DNA from: an uncultured Pelagibacteraceae bacterium
Lineage (GTDB): Bacteria; Pseudomonadota; Alphaproteobacteria; Pelagibacterales; Pelagibacteraceae
Reading direction: 5' to 3'
DNA: 64,000 nt
Assembly: GCA_902629585.1 (NCBI GenBank)
Contig: CACORI010000003.1
Coordinates: 871 to 64,870, forward strand
Shown in pieces: positions 62,503 to 64,000 of this stretch; the first letter of the stretch is position 1, and every line of letters begins with the position of its first letter. The notes beneath the pieces are model-generated. The model was given only the letters and a program-made list of their open reading frames with translations. It was not told the origin of the DNA and did not search any database. Position numbers and translations under genes: made by a program.

Positions 62503-63320
62503 ATATTAAAAAAGATTTAGCAAGTAATTGGTTTAAATTGTTACAGGATTCAATTTGTAATGACATTAAAATATTAGAAAATAATAAGATCGATTTTGAG
62601 TCGTCCATATGGAAGAAAAATAAAAAAATTGATGAGGGCGGAGGTGAGTTTAGAATCTTAAGAAATGGAAAAGTTTTCGATAAAGTGGGTGTAAATTTCT
62701 CAAAAGTGTATGGAATATTTCCAAAACAATTTAAAAAAAAAATCCTTGGAGCCAATAAAGACTCTAGATTTTGGGCTTCTGGGATATCAGTAGTAATGCA
62801 TATGAAAAATCCATTAATTCCTGCAATGCATTTTAATACAAGGTATATTTGCACTACTAAACAATGGTTTGGCGGGGGTATTGATGTAACACCCTCAAAA
62901 AAAGATAAATTTGAAAAAAAAAATTTTCATCAAACATTAAAATTAATGTGTGATCGCCATAACAAAAATTATTACAAAAAATATAAAGAGTGGTGTGATA
63001 AATATTTTTATCTTCCACATCGTGATGAAGCTAGAGGTGTTGGTGGTATTTTTTTTGACTATAAACAAGATAATTTTGAAAAAGATTTTAATTTTGTTAG
63101 AGATGTTGGGGTTACATTCCAAATGTTATTTAATAAAATTATAAGAAAAAAAATTAACAAAAAATGGTCCGTAAAAGATAAAGAGACTCAATATATTAAA
63201 AGAGGGAGATATGCAGAATTCAATTTGCTTTATGATAGAGGTACAAAATTTGGATTACAAACTGGTGGAAATATTGAAGGAATTTTAATGTCTCTTCCAC
63301 CTTTAGCTAAATGGAAATGA
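62493..63320 (+). CDS. hemF: Oxygen-dependent coproporphyrinogen III oxidase
   Basis: H..NP..P.MH.N.R, WFGGG.D.TP, RG.GG.FFD and RGRY.EFNL.YDRGT.FGL. Start probably the ATG at 62493. Confidence 0.97.
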   Translation: MDLNIKKDLASNWFKLLQDSICNDIKILENNKIDFESSIWKKNKKIDEGGGEFRILRNGKVFDKVGVNFSKVYGIFPKQFKKKILGANKDSRFWASGISVVMHMKNPLIPAMHFNTRYICTTKQWFGGGIDVTPSKKDKFEKKNFHQTLKLMCDRHNKNYYKKYKEWCDKYFYLPHRDEARGVGGIFFDYKQDNFEKDFNFVRDVGVTFQMLFNKIIRKKINKKWSVKDKETQYIKRGRYAEFNLLYDRGTKFGLQTGGNIEGILMSLPPLAKWK

Positions 63321-63321
63321 A

Positions 63322-63798
63322 ATGGAAAAAGAACCTATCACTCTTAATTGTTATAAAAAATTACAAGAAGAATTAATTTTTTTAAAAGAAAAAAAAAGAC
63401 CTAAAATCATAGAGGCTATTTCTGAAGCAAGATCTCATGGAGACCTAAAAGAAAATGCTGAGTATCATGCAGCTAAAGAGGAGCAGTCACATAATGAGGG
63501 AAGAATTGCTGAAATAAATGATATCATTTCTAGAGCAAATATAATTGATGTTACAAAAATTAGCAATGAAGGTAAGGTAATTTTTGGGTCAACAGTTTTT
63601 TTAGAAAATTTAGATACTAATGAAAAGATAAATTATAAAATTGTATGTAAAAATGAAGCAGATATTAAAAATAAACTTATATATTTTCAATCTCCAATAG
63701 GAAAGGGGTTGATTGGAAAAAAAAAGAATGATCTCGTTGAAATCAATACACCTGCTGGAGTAAAAAACTTTGAAATTAAAGATGTAAAATATATTTAG
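63322..63798 (+). CDS. greA: Transcription elongation factor GreA
   Basis: AR.HGDL.ENAEYH.AK, FGS.V, SP.G..L.GK and P.G. Confidence 0.97.
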   Translation: MEKEPITLNCYKKLQEELIFLKEKKRPKIIEAISEARSHGDLKENAEYHAAKEEQSHNEGRIAEINDIISRANIIDVTKISNEGKVIFGSTVFLENLDTNEKINYKIVCKNEADIKNKLIYFQSPIGKGLIGKKKNDLVEINTPAGVKNFEIKDVKYI

Positions 63799-64000
63799 TT
63801 GCTCACAATTTTACTTATTTGGTCTTCTGAAATCTTAAAATCATTATCTACCCATTGACCCTCAATAATTTTTAATTTGTCTCCTAGAATTTTTCCCTCG
63901 GGAATATCATAATCTAACATTAATTTTTTAGCACTTATGGGCATAGATGGAATAGTCTTAGATTTGTAATTTTCTAACAAATTTATCAACCTATTATCTA
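63795..64000 (-). CDS. C-terminus of a probable CCA-adding enzyme (start outside the window)
   Basis: PIS...LM......G..LG..L..IE..W...DF resembles the C-terminus of alphaproteobacterial CCA tRNA nucleotidyltransferases; only about 68 codons are visible. Confidence 0.6.
   Translation of the reverse strand, partial: DNRLINLLENYKSKTIPSMPISAKKLMLDYDIPEGKILGDKLKIIEGQWVDNDFKISEDQISKIVSN

Noticed and set aside
1441-63144. Short antisense or alternative-frame ORFs (e.g. 1441-1635, 7140-7394, 9430-9846, 11331-11594, 13844-14113, 16348-16596, 21147-21344, 23674-23913, 25359-25541, 29854-30036, 30503-31036, 33935-34285, 35118-37266, 44929-45835, 52731-54031, 56420-58597, 60097-60676, 62462-63144)
   Set aside because: All overlap well-supported genes, and most have the Phe/Leu/Ile/Ser-rich composition expected from the reverse complement of Lys/Glu/Asn-rich coding DNA.
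1-64000. CRISPR arrays, IS elements, prophage or defence genes
   Set aside because: No regularly spaced repeats, transposase, integrase, phage structural or nuclease motifs were seen by eye.

Overview
A very AT-rich, tightly packed alphaproteobacterial chromosome segment. Gene content, near-absent intergenic space and many overlapping genes point to a streamlined SAR11 / Candidatus Pelagibacter-type genome (inference). In order: partial uvrD, pepP, ligA, bamD, lpxC; a rearranged dcw cluster (half-length FtsA-like gene, ftsQ, ddl, murB, murC, murG, ftsW, murD, mraY, murE-murF fusion, ftsI, ftsL, rsmH, relocated ftsZ, mraZ); rnpB, an amidase, mlaA-mlaC, tRNA-Ile2(CAT); a three-gene accessory cassette; a non-canonical tRNA-Val(GAC); rpoD, dnaG, yqeY, carAB, trxB with a SelJ/J1-crystallin-like gene, uvrB-SDR-folB-uvrC-pgsA, ilvE, marR-ompR-envZ, lgt, prs, rplY, pth, ychF, petABC, trmL, hemF, greA and a partial CCA-adding enzyme. 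No transposase, integrase, prophage or CRISPR array was seen. The best candidates for undescribed biology are: (1) the tRNA-flanked cassette of a kinase-methyltransferase fusion, a membrane alkaline-phosphatase-superfamily enzyme and a small YIDPGTGS membrane protein; (2) a mini-FtsA that keeps its membrane helix but lacks the ATPase and FtsZ-binding lobes; (3) a tRNA-Val with an apparently re-wired elbow (A18/G55, A54/T58, A15/A48); (4) a Cys homologue of selenoprotein J coupled to thioredoxin reductase. All calls come from motif recognition by eye; no searches were run.
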